Source of the DNA: Octopus vulgaris
Taxonomy: Eukaryota
Length of the DNA: 64,000 bases
Assembly (NCBI GenBank): GCA_951406725.2
Contig: OX597826.1
Location: 23,684,001-23,748,000, forward strand
Direction of reading: 5' to 3'
A model generated the notes under the pieces. That model had not been told where the DNA came from, did no database searches, and worked only from the letters and a program-made list of their open reading frames with translations. The position numbers and the translations under genes were made by a program. Shown here piece by piece: positions 37,527 to 49,175 of the stretch. The first letter of the stretch is position 1. Every line of letters starts with the position of its first letter.

Positions 37527-39234
37527 TGAGGACCCTTATCAACAGAGTCAGTTATTTCCCGAGGCCTTTTCAACTATTTTCAAACAAGATGATGGTCGTG
37601 AACCCCCTCCATTTGATAGATTGGTACCTCCAATGCTTAGATTGGTCATCACTCAGGACGAAGTCGAACGCGTTATTCAAGGCCTCGATGTCAAGAAGGG
37701 TCACGGCCCTGACGGCATACACCCACGGGTTATCAAAGCGTTGGCTCCGGTCATCTGCAAGCCTTTAACACATCTATTCAATATGTCATGGGCGACGGGT
37801 GTTATACCTGCAGACTGGAGAACAGCGATAATCTGCCCAATTTTCAAGAAAGGGAGCTGTGAAGACCCGCTTAACTACCGACCGGTTTCCCATGCTTCAA
37901 TAATCAGCAAGATGTTCGAAACCATCCTTAAGAAAAGTATGATGCGCCACCTCCAAAACACAGCCTCTATCTCTAATTCCCAACACGGCTTCGTGCCGAA
38001 GAGATCATGCTTGACCAACTTACTGGTAATGGAAGAATTGGTGACGCGTATCCTGGATGATGGTGATGCTGTTGACATCGTTTTATTGGACTTTGCCAAA
38101 GCTTTTGACTTGGTAAACCACCGCCTATTACTTGTCAAGCTTCAAGCATTTGTTTGTTTTCATCCAGATATTGTACGATGGGTTGGTGCCTTCCTCTCAG
38201 ATCGCTCCTTCCAAGTCCAAGTTAATGGTTCGCTGTCCAATGTCTCCAGTGCGAGCAGTGGCGTGCCTCAAGGTTCAGTGCTTGGGCCCTTATTGTTTTT
38301 AGTCTTCATAAATGACTTGCCCGACGACCTCACGCAACACACCCTTCTATTTGCTGATGATGTCAAACTGGTCGCTCCTCGCAGTGATATAGAGGATCTT
38401 CGTCGATGCCTCCACCAAATTTGGAGATGGTCTAATGAATGGGACCTGTGTCTGAACTTGTCAAAGTGCTGTCATCTGCCTGTTGGCTCTTCTCCTGCAA
38501 CTCAACTTGATTTCGAGCCGGGTTGTCTGCTTCTGGAGAGGACCGACCAGGTAAAGGACCTGGGTACCTTGGTGGATTCTTCCTTTTTGCCTTCGGCCCA
38601 TGTGCGTCCATGCTGCCAACAAAGCATGCGGAGTTCTGTGTTTGATTCGATGGTCATTCGGAATGCTCACAGCAGCAATATTCCTACCGCTCTATGTCAC
38701 GCTGGTGAGACCCATATTGGAGTACGGGATTCATGCCTCTTCTCCTTATCTCCTCAAAGACATACAGCATCTCGAAAGAGTCCAGAAGCTGGCTACCTGC
38801 ATGGTTCTTGGTCTCAAGCATTTGTCTTATAAAGAAAGGCTGAAGACGCTCGACCTTTATTCTCTAGAAAAAACGCTGCCGCGGTGGTGATCTCCTTCTT
38901 GCTCACATCATAAGCGGAAAGTGTAACCTCTTGAAAGAGCTGTTCTTCACTCCTGCTCCAGAGCGTCGGCTGCGGGGTCACTCTGAAAAGCTCTATCTGC
39001 AACAATTTCATCTCAATCGAAGGAGAGGGGCTTTCTCCGTCCGGGTTGCAGTTCCGTGGAATAAGCTGCCCGACGAGATAGTGAAGATGCCGACGACCGC
39101 TCGGTATAAAGTCTCCCTTGAGCACAAGTGGCCTGAACTCTTTACATGAACACCACCCTGTACATAACTCCATGTCCCCTTACATGGCCTTGCTTTTCGC
39201 TTTTTGAGCCAAAAAATTAACTAACTAACTAACT
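37527..39234 (+). mobile_element. 5'-truncated CR1-group LINE (RT and C-terminus) with (TAAC)n tail
   Basis: ORFs 37471-38832, 38600-38890 and 38931-39149 give GPDGIHPRVIK, NYRPVS, QHGFVPKRSCLTNLL, LDFAKAFD, SGVPQGSVLGPLLF, FADDVKL, LVRPILEY, LERVQ, LRGHSEKL and FSVRVAVPWNKLP. Two or three frameshifts. Confidence 0.95.
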
Positions 39235-39645
39235 ACTACTAGCACCACCACTACCATCACCCCTTCTACTACTACTACCACTACCTCTACTACTACTGCC
39301 ACCATCATTACTATTGCTGCTACTACTACTACCAGCACCACCACCTCTACTACTATTGCCACCATCATTATTACTGTTGCTGCTACTACTACTAATGCTG
39401 CTGTCACCACCACCACTACCCCCACTACTACAACTACTCCTGTCACCATCATTACTGCTGCTACTACTTGTGCTACTGCCACTGTCACCATCACTACTAC
39501 TACCACCACCACCATGAGTACTACTGCTACGACTCCTACCATAATTATTACTGCTGCTGCTACTACTACTACTACTGCTACTACTACTACTATACTGCTG
39601 CTGTTACCACCACCGCTACTACTTCTACCACCACTACCACCATTG
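39233..39645. repeat. Degenerate (CTA/CCA/CTG)n trinucleotide tract
   Basis: Direct reading. Confidence 0.9.
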
Positions 39646-39714
39646 CTCTCAGAGTCAAAGGTGACTAGGTAGCATGTACCATGCTTTTGATAATTGTTTT
39701 ACATGCCTTTGTAG

Positions 39715-39878
39715 TCACAAAAGCAAACACAAACATCCCTCCCCAACTGCGATCCAGTGCAATGTCCATCCCACCCTCGGTCTGGCGGAACATCTCTCCC
39801 ACCCTCGATTCAGTGGATGTGACTGCAGGAGGGAGAGAAAGAGGGAGAGGGCTACACCGATACTCAGCTGGTGCTTAA
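39715..39878 (+). CDS. Possible host exon (phase-1 acceptor; ends at a weak donor at 39870 or at the stop at 39878)
   Basis: Non-repetitive, GC-richer island. Acceptor TTGTTTTACATGCCTTTGTAG. Open frame (V)TKANTNIPPQLRSSAMSIPPSVWRNISPTLDSVDVTAGGRERGRGLHRYSA. No homology recognised. Confidence 0.3.
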
Positions 39879-40549
39879 CGTAATAGCAGACTAAACATGA
39901 GTCGAGAGCTCAGAACCTGTAATATTAAACTAAGGGCAATATGGTTATTATCCCTACGCTGCTGGAGCATGAAAATGTCCTTCTTTTCTTTTTTTTTTTT
40001 TTTAGAATTTTGTAAGAAATTTGATTAGATTGAGATGAAAAAAAATTTTTTTTTTACTGTTTTACTATATTACCAGTTTGTTTCTTGGTGGTGGTGGTGG
40101 TGGTGGTTGTTTCTATTTTATGTAGCATGGGTGGTAGACTTATTTTTCTTCTCACAGTTGCATTTACTTCTCAAGCATGAAGTAGGAGTGGAAGACGATG
40201 TTTAAATGTTAAGTAAACTGATGCAAGACAAAGTCTTGTTTATAGCTAGTCTGGGGGGTGAAGTGGGGATGGTGAGAAGATGTCGTTGTCGTTATTCAAC
40301 GTCCTCGTTTCTGTGCTGCTTGCATGGGTTGGACGGAGTTTATTCGAGACAGATTTTCTGTGGTTGGATGCCTTTCCTGTCACAAACCCTCACCTTTTTT
40401 CAAGCAAGGTAAATATTTCCCCATGGCCAGACATGTTCTCACAGCATATTGGAAATGAACAACACCGCTTGTATGACAGTGACACTCATTTACAACTATC
40501 ATTATGTAATGTTAAAACGAGGAGACACAGACTTGCATATACACATAGA

Positions 40550-41119
40550 TATTGGGTTGTTCGGAAAGTTTGTGCCAATTTTTAAAGGAAAGAAAAATGT
40601 CAATAAATACTTGCCATTACATTTTTAATCAACTAAATATGAATCATTTTGTTGCACAATGTGTCTCCATCTTTCCTTTAACTTGAAAATACCCTCTTCC
40701 CAGAATTGAGGTGGTGTCATGGAAAAGAATTCATCAAGGTAACTTTTTATGTCATCCAAGGAATTGAAATTTTTACCATTAAGACTATTCTGCAGAGACC
40801 TGAATAAGTGGAAATCCGAAGGAGCAATATCTGGTGAATATGGAGGGTGGGGTAACACATCCTAGCTGAGCTGCAGCAATTTTTGTCTGGTTCCCTAAGC
40901 ATCAAGTGCCGCAAATGAACTTTCTTATCTTCCATTTTAAAGGGTTACAGAATTAACACGGGTTATAGGAACATAAATCTTCTTCCACGAAAAGATAGCT
41001 TAAACTGTGCTCTAAATGGAGGTGTAGTCAAATCCTATTTTATGGACTCAACCATGTTCTAAAATAAGTTGAAAGGTAAGCTACTATAAATCGGCATGAA
41101 ATTTCCAGACAACCCAATA
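40550..41119 (-). mobile_element. Internally deleted mariner element
   Basis: TIRs TATTGGGTTGTTCGGAAAG / ATTTCCAGACAACCCAATA. N-terminal MEDKKVHLRHLML is joined to the C-terminal HPPYSPDIAPSDFHLFRSL motif. Confidence 0.92.
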
Positions 41120-41950
41120 CATAAAAACATCCTTCGGTCACAAATGAGATTGCACCTAGAAAGTTCCCCTCCAAGGCACAAATCTGGGCAGGGTTATTTT
41201 GTGGAAGACCAGTAATGGCCCATGCATGCCACACCACTGATATTATCCAAGGGAAAGGCAAAGGCACCAGTGACGTTGCAACTTATTTCTACAGTTCAGT
41301 GAACTGGAGCAACGTGAAATTGTCTTGCTCAAGAACATAACACAGTCCAGTCTGGGAATTGAACTCACAACCTCATGATTGTGAGCCCAGTGCTCTAACC
41401 ACTGAGCCATGTGCCTTCACATATGTACATACATATTGTTATATTTGGGTATGATTATCTTTTGCTGATTAAACACACTATTTAATCTTCACTTCAGATT
41501 TATTATTTTTATGTTTGCTTTGTCAGAGTTCTTTAAATCACACATATTCTGTGACCTCTTCAGCGACTTTCTGTTCCATATGTCTCCTCTTGTCATGTCT
41601 GTTTCCATACACACACACACACACACACAATGGTGTTCTTTCAGTTTCCAAATGCCAAATCCACTCCGAAAGCTTTCTGGTTGGCCCAGAGCTATAGTGA
41701 ATGACACTTTCCTAAGCTGTCACATCATGGGACTGAACCCAGAACCATGGGGTTGGGAAGCAAACCTCTTAACCACAGAGCCATGTCCGCACAATTTACA
41801 GTAAATTATAGCAAGATTTTAACTTTGTCTCGTTGGTCAATAACCTAGCACCATAATAACAAGACCATTTTATTTTACACATACATTTCTAGAAAATCTT
41901 CTTTAGCATGGCCACAGCCCAGAGGCTGAAACTTGCAGAATAGTATTATG

Positions 41951-42120
<170 letters not shown>

Positions 42121-42856
42121 TCTGGTACACCTGATATTTTTTCAAAAAAAAAAAAGAAAAGAATTGCAGGTGATGATGTGCTGGAGTGAAAATATTTTGC
42201 GACATTGGCAACAACCTAATGATAAACAAATACATTTTGAGACAGTCATGTTTAAGAAAACACAATTCCTAAGGCTTCAAGACATCTTGCTGTTAGATTA
42301 AACAGATGTTGTCACCATCACCGCCACTGCTACTTTTCTGAATGTTGCAGCATAAATCCATGTTGATGTGGTTAAACAGACGGATGTTAAAACAGTAATG
42401 GTGTTGGTTATTGCTAGCCTTGTGTAGCTGCAACCTCCTTGTTTTCCCTTAGTGCACGCCAAGCGAATTATTTGAAGGGACTTTTTATGTAAAGAACAAA
42501 GCTAAAACCATCTGAGAAAAGTCTTATTACACCTCATACAATGTCTAGTTACTAACTGTCTAATTACATCTAATATCAAGTTTTTTTTCTTTAAACCTTT
42601 AGCATTCACATTATTCCATCAAATGTAATGCTTTATTTATTGACATTGTTTTGAATTAATCATGAGTTATCTTTTTTTGTTGATATTTCGATGGTGAGCT
42701 TATTTATTTTTAGTATAACATTGTAGGGTAGGTGTAAGAGGCTGAATAATGGCTAACCTGTACATAAAACAGGTATAATATTTGGGCTGAATGTGGCTGG
42801 TTTAAATGGTAAAGGATTAATAAGAATTTCATAACTTCACAACTAATAAACTAATA

Positions 42857-43134
42857 TTCCATGGGCATAAGGTGTAGTGGTGAAAAGCGCAGGCTACTAA
42901 CCTCAAGATTCCGAGTTCGATTCCAAGCAGTGACCTGAATAATAATAATAATAATAATAATATCGAAAAATACCTTAGGAATGAGAACCCAGGTTCGAAA
43001 TTCCCCCAAGACACCTTATGAAGGCTGGAGGGTATATCAGCTGAAACGTTCTGTTAACAAAAAACAAGATGAGGACAAATATCCGTCAAATGTAAGTAAT
43101 GTAAATAATTCCTCATCTCTTAAATATAGAACTG
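42857..43134 (+). mobile_element. tRNA-headed SINE (family D) carrying a hammerhead-like motif; 12-bp TSD
   Basis: TSD AATAAACTAATA at 42845-42856 and 43135-43146. A box GTGTAGTGGT, anticodon-like loop CT-ACT-AA, B box GTTCGATTCC (42915-42924), (AAT)n linker, hammerhead-like segment at 43011-43055. Confidence 0.8.
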
Positions 43135-43206
43135 AATAAACTAATACAAAAGTGCATCAAAACATATATATCAATTTAAACTCCTATGTATATATGCACA
43201 TGAATG

Positions 43207-43278
43207 GGTCTCATGGTGTAATGGTTGGCACTCTGGACTTTGAATCCAGCGATCCAGGTTCAAATCTCGGTGAGACTT
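43207..43278 (+). tRNA. trnQ: tRNA-Gln (anticodon TTG); possibly a variant or pseudogene
   Basis: GGTCTCATGGTGTAATGGTTGGCACTCTGGACTTTGAATCCAGCGATCCAGGTTCAAATCTCGGTGAGACTT. Acceptor GGTCTCA/TGAGACT, anticodon arm CTGGA-CT TTG AA-TCCAG (TTG at 43240-43242), one A-C mismatch in the T stem, T-run terminator downstream. Confidence 0.85.
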
Positions 43279-43640
43279 TGGTGCTTTATTTAATTTTTAG
43301 GTGCAGGCATGGCTGTATGGTAAAAAGCTTGCTTCCTAACAACATGGTTCCAGGCTCAATCCCATTGTGTGGCACCTTGGGCAAGTATCTTCTACTATAG
43401 CCTCAGGCTGACCAAAACCTTGTGAGTGGATTTGTGAGATGGAAACTGAAAGAAGCCTATTATATGTATGTTTATGTTTTTCACTATTTGATTTGCCTAA
43501 TAGTGGTTTTATCTCTAATTTAATTTATATTTATATTTATACTATAAAATTAGATTTAATCCTAAATCTAATTTTTCCCTGTAAGTTTGGATTTACTCCC
43601 TAATATTATTATTATTATATTTATTTTTATATATATATAT

Positions 43641-44151
43641 AAAATAATAGTTATCGCCATACTAATATGGCATTCTTATAAAAATAAGAATAAAGCTGTC
43701 CGCTTATTAGCTCCATGAGGCCATCGCCTTAAGTTAGCTATTTGATACACAAACTGTATCCATATAACCTTCGAACAAGGGAGGTCAGTCGCTCCACACT
43801 ACTTGACCGGCAGCTACAGACGCGTTTCGGGGTATTGCCCCTTTTCAATGCAGCGTAGCCAGCCAGTAGGTGTCGCTTCCGACAATCTCTGTTCGATGGT
43901 TTTATTTACCTAGTTTCGGTGGAATACATCCACTTGTTTTCAATAATAGAAATATTAAAATTACTAAGTCTCTCTAAAAGAGAACAGCGGCAGCGTTCCC
44001 GGAAAATAATAGTTATCGCCATACTAATATGGCATTCTTATAAAAATAAGAATAAAGCTGTCCGCTTATTAGCTCCATGAGGCCATCGCCTTAAGTTAGC
44101 TATTTGATACACAAACTGTATCCATATAACCTTCGAACAGTTTGTGTATCA
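43641..44151 (-). mobile_element. Retrozyme-like partial tandem (~1.4 copies of a 362-bp unit) with one hammerhead
   Basis: 43641-43777 is identical to 44003-44139. A short snap-back at 44137-44151 is the reverse complement of 44105-44119. (TA)n lies on the left. Confidence 0.85.
43813..43854 (-). ncRNA. Type I hammerhead ribozyme with U3-A8 core pair
   Basis: Minus strand: GCTGCA-TTGAAAA-GGGG CAATA CCCC-GAAA-CGCG-TC-TGTAGC. 6-bp stem I, 4-bp stem II, palindromic stem III, GUC site (C at 43819). Confidence 0.85.
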
Positions 44152-44477
44152 TCTAGCCATAGAAACCATGCTGAAGTAGACAGAACTCAATGCAGTCATT
44201 GGATGCATCAGATGTTGTCAAACTATTGAACCCATGTCCGTATGGAACATGGACAGTAAATAATGATGGTACACTTTTAATATATGTACAGAGTATTTTG
44301 CCAAATATAGAAGCAGTATATTAACTTGTATATACCCACCTATCACATCATGTGCAGACAAGTACCATCAGTTACTTGTCTCCAGAATTCCATCTTGTAC
44401 ATCGCTCTTGGTAGGTTGTTCTTCAGTTGGCCAGAATCTTCAACCAGTTTGTCAAGAAGTGTCCTGGCATTTACGTA

Positions 44478-45055
44478 TTTTATTTTTTATTTCACCTAGT
44501 TTCAGCTCACGAGCTGTGGCCATACTGGGGCACTGCCATTTGGTGTTGCTACATAATTTTACTTCAGGAATGCTTTTTAGCAATTTACATTTGGTGCATA
44601 AGAGAGTTTCGTGTAGCTGCCCTCATCTGCACCACCTGCCGCGAAGTTGGTTCATCTGGGACACCTGACAGGAAGAGGTCCAGCTTTATTTTGAAGACAC
44701 CTACATCCACCCCATGCAGGTCTCTCAGGTCCTTCGGGAGGATATTGAAGAGCTGTGGACCTCTGAAGCCCAGGCTATCACAGTATCTTGTCCTACATCT
44801 TGATGGTAAATTTGGAGTCCTTGGCACTATGCAGTGGCACCCAGTTCTAGTATTTGTGTAACTCTTGATGCCAAAGTTTCAGACAAGTCCTTCCAGGATC
44901 TTCCAGATGTATATTATGGCATATCTTTCTCACTTACGCTCTAAGGAATAGTCTTAATCTCTTGAGTCTTTCCCAATAGCTTATATGCTGCATAGAGGCT
45001 ATCTTCTTTGTGTAGCTTCGTTGGATTGCCTCAAGTTCTGAGATTAATTTGACAC
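44478..45055 (-). mobile_element. 3' fragment of a second CR1/L2-group LINE, including its tail
   Basis: Decayed YWERLKR...ERYAIIYIWKILEG and ORF 44585-44827 (GPQLFNILPKDLRDLHG...FKIKLDLFLSGVPDEP). Tail GGCAGTGCCCCAGTATGGCCACAGCTCGTGAGCTGAAACTAGGTGAAATAAAAAATAAA. Confidence 0.85.
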
Positions 45056-45057
45056 CA

Positions 45058-45500
45058 TATTTTAACATGTATATACACAATACTTTAACAAGTATATACA
45101 CTGTATTTTAATAAATGTATATTCTAAATTGTAATACATATACTAGTGGGTGCTGAAAAGTACCTAGCTTTGTGAAAAAGAAAATACAGGAGTTAATTAT
45201 GATTTTATTCAACATGTACCCTCTCAGATCCACACACTTATTGCAGCAGTCCTTCAGTTTTTCTAAGCCCTGTGAAAGAACTTGGAAGGTTGGGCCTCCA
45301 ACCAGGCCTTTTGCTATACCCTTAAAGCCAGGAACTTTCTAACACCCCCTTGTATATTCTATATTTTAACAAGTATATATACTCTATTTCAACAAGTGTA
45401 TATATACACAATATTTTAACTGTATAAACACTGTAATTTTAACAAGTATATACACTGTATTTGAAGAAGTGTATACACAGTGTTTTAACAAGTATATACT
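45058..45500. repeat. Degenerate ~25-30-bp minisatellite (TATTTTAACAAGTATATACAC-like) interrupted by a MITE
   Basis: About 8 diverged units on both sides of 45141-45354. Confidence 0.65.
45141..45354. mobile_element. Mariner-type MITE
   Basis: TA-flanked TIRs GTGGGTGCTGAAAAGTACCTAGCTTT / AAAGCCAGGAACTTTCTAACACCCCC. Confidence 0.75.
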
Positions 45501-45710
45501 CTTTTACTTGTTTCAGTCATGCTGGAGCACCACCTTTAGTCAAGCAAATCGACTCCAGGACTTATTCTTTGTAAGCCTAGTACTTATTCTATCGGTCTCT
45601 TTTGCCGAACCTCTAAGTTACGGGGACGTAAACACACCAGCATCGGTTGTCAAGCGATGTTGGGTGGGGAGACACACAAACACATACACACACATACATA
45701 TATAAATATA

Positions 45711-45758
<48 letters not shown>

Positions 45759-45870
45759 CATACGTTAGGCTTCTTTCAGTTTCTGTCTACCAAATCCACT
45801 CACAAGGCTTTGGTTGGCCCGAGGCTATAGTAGAAGACACTTGCCCAAGGTGCCACATAGTGAGTCTGAA
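45499..45870 (-). mobile_element. SINE family A
   Basis: Reverse-complement match to family A. Confidence 0.9.
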
Positions 45871-47854
45871 CTCACTCCTGCGCCACATATATATATATAC
45901 ATATTAAATTGGAAAATCTTTGTAGTTACACTATTGATTGATCCACAGAGCAGAAGTTGATATAAACATTAATTAAATTTTTTAACAATTTGCTTGACTC
46001 CAAATCTTTGATTTTGGGTAGAAAAGCTAATTCACCTAGTGTTGTTTAATTGATATAACATGTATTTTTGTTCTAATAATAGCAATGTTTGTGCAGAATG
46101 ACTCGAGCAATTCTTCAATCTATAATTAATGTCTTCTAATTGTGTCTTAATGCATTGTCAGAGATGAATTTAGAATCGGATTGCATTCTAAAAATATAGG
46201 TTAAATATTTGCATTTACAGAATGAAAAATGTGCTTCGGCATTATTGTTTTGGATACCTTTCTGAATAACCAGCCTCATCCAATTTGTTGTTGCTTGATG
46301 TAACTAATCAGATGTTAGAAATCTGATTTGACTGATTTTAAAATGGTTTGCCTGAATTTAGTCTTGGAGCTGTTCTTTACATACCATTATAAAGAGATGA
46401 ATTGGGTTGGGTTACGACAGGTGAAGGCTGGTAGGTTGGATCTAAACCATCTAGTTTGCTGTTCAATATATTTTCATATATCTGGAAGTTTTAGTTAAGA
46501 TTTTAAACTAAAGTTGCTAAGCAGGGCTTGGTGTCCATATAGAAGCCTTGTTTTTCTTTTCTTTTCTGACTTGAATCAGTCATCAGACTGCTGCCATGCT
46601 GGGGCATCGCCTTGATGAAATTTTAATCAAATGAATTGAACCCGGTACTTACAAATTTTTTAAAGCCTGGTACTTATTCTGTTAGTCTCTTTTGCTGACC
46701 CACTAAGTTATGGGGATGTAAACAAGCCAACACAAGCCAATACTCTTTACTCCCTTTACTTGTTTCAGTCATTTTGACTGTGGCCATGCTGGAGCACCGC
46801 CTTTAGTCAAGCAAATCGACCCCAGGACTTATTCTTTGTAAGCCTAGTACTTATTCTATCGGTCTCTTTTGCCGAACTGCTAAGATACGGGGACATAAAC
46901 ACACCAGCATCAGTTGTCAAGCGATGTTGGGAGGACAAACACACACACATATGGGATAGTGTATTGCTGAGGCTCAATGCTCAAAAGGTGCTTCTTACGT
47001 GCCACCAGCATGGGTGCCAATTATGTGACACCAAGCATCGGCCATGACTATGATTTCACTTGGCTTAACAGGGAGTTGCCAAATACAGATCAAGTTTGTT
47101 TTGCTCACTTTTAATTGATCTCACCACATAAACGATTCACTTGTAATGAAAGCATGCTATAATGCAACTTGATGCATTATGTTTAAACAGACACGTCTTA
47201 TTGCACTCTTCACAAATAAACAACACTGATAGTGTCTGAGCAAAATGACCGAAGCATGACATATAAAGAGTGCAGGACTTATTTGGTAATTCCAAATGTA
47301 TGCTTTAGGTCTCATCAACAAAAAATTTGAAACTACTATTGGCAGACTAAATGCTTCTTGTTTATCTTTCCCATCTAAGCTGTAAAAGAAATAATCTTTT
47401 CTGTTATAGGCACAAGGCCTGAAATTTTGGGGGAAGGGGTAAGTCGATCGCATCGACCCCAGTACTCAACAGGTTCTTAATCTATTGACCTCGAAAGAAT
47501 GAAAGGCAAAGTCAACCTCAGCGGGATTTGAACTCAGAACGCAGCGGCAGACGAAACACCGCTAAGCATTTCACCTGACATGCTAATGATTCTGTCAGCT
47601 CACTGCCTTGTAAAAGGAATAATAAAATCATCCACACACATATGAAAACACACTGGAGAGCAGCCTGTTGGAATAGACCCAAATTTGTTACATTGCACTC
47701 AAAACATCTATAATGGTTGTATGATGGGATATGTGCAACATGATCCCAGAAAAGACTAGAGTATAATATGTTGAAGGTTTTCGGAACACGAGAGTGAAAG
47801 AATGTGATCTAGTGGTTAGGGTGCTTCACTTATGATTGCAAGATCATGGTTTCA

Positions 47855-48040
47855 TATTTCTTGATTGCCCACATGGGGCTAAACATAGAGAGGACAAACA
47901 AGAACAGACAAAGGGATTAAATCGATTACATCGCCCCCAGTGCGTCACTGATACTTTATTTATCGACCCCAAAAGGATGAAAGGCAAAGTCGACCTTGGT
48001 GGAATTTGAACTCAGAACGTAACGTTTCTCCCAGCTTGCC
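47855..48040 (-). mobile_element. SINE family B inserted in a family C-like SINE with a 17-bp TSD
   Basis: GCAAGATCATGGTTTCA at 47838-47854 and 48041-48057. Confidence 0.88.
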
Positions 48041-48117
48041 GCAAGATCATGGTTTCAATTCCTGGACTGGGTGGTGTGTTGTATCTTTGAGCAATACATA
48101 TATACACATATATAAGA

Positions 48118-48665
48118 TGGGCTTCTTTCAGTTTCTATCTACCAAATCCACTCACAAGACTTTGGTCGGCCCGAGGCTATAGTAGAAAACACTTGCCCAA
48201 AGTGCCACGCAGTGGGACTGAACCCAGAACCATGTGGTTGGTAAGCAAGCTACTTACCACACAGCCACTCCTGTGCCGTGATGGGGAACAAACCACAGAC
48301 ACACACACACACACATGACAGACTTCTTTCAGTTTCCATCTACCAAACCCTCTCACAATTCTTTGGTTAGCCCAAGGCTATAGTAGAAGATGCTTACCCA
48401 AGGTAACTCACACCTCACACAGTGGAACTGAACCAGGATCATGTGGTTGGGAAGCAAACTTATTACCATACAGCCATGCCTGTGCTATTGAGTGGCTGTG
48501 TGGTAAGTAGCTTGCTAACCAACCACATGGTTCTGGGTTCAGTCCCACTGTGTGGCACCTTGGGCAAGTGTCTTCTGCTATAGCCCCGGGCCGACCAATG
48601 CCTTGTGAGTGGATTTGGTAGACGGAAACTGAAAGAAGCCTGTCGTATATATGTATGTATGTATG

Positions 48666-48706
<41 letters not shown>

Positions 48707-48880
48707 TTGTGTGCTGGTGTGTTTACATCCCCGTCACTTAGCGGTTCGGCAAAAAGAGACCGATAGAATAAGTACTGGGCTTACAAAGAATAAGTCCCGA
48801 GGTCGATTTGCTCGACTAAAGGCGGTGCTCCAGCATGGCCGCAGTCAAATGACTGAAACAAGTAAAAGAAAGAAAAGAAA
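48118..48880. mobile_element. Cluster of family A SINEs: two minus-strand heads (48118-48483) and one plus-strand copy (48490-48880)
   Basis: Head-to-head inverted arrangement read directly. Confidence 0.9.
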
Positions 48881-48921
48881 GAATATATATATATATATAT
48901 ATACATACATACATACATACA

Positions 48922-48957
<36 letters not shown>

Positions 48958-49029
48958 TGTGTGTGTGTGTATGTGTATATATATCATCATCATCATTTAA
49001 TGTCTGTTTTCCATGCTGGCATGTGTTTT

Positions 49030-49175
49030 ATACATGGTCTGATCGATAAGTATCAGGACTGTTGCCATAGCAACGAAGCTAAAGTATGCCAAGTGAAGCT
49101 GCTTGGCACAGATTGACCTTAAACTCTGCTGTGAATGGACACTAAGTTTTAACATTCTAGCTCACTTCTGCTGAA
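49030..49175 (+). mobile_element. Mariner-like terminal fragment
   Basis: TACATGGTCTGATCGATAAGTATCAGGACT resembles a mariner TIR; no partner TIR seen. Confidence 0.45.

Noticed and set aside
46040-46560. Possible decayed Penelope RT thumb fragment on the minus strand
   Set aside because: Only vague peptide resemblance with many stops; cannot be supported without an HMM search.
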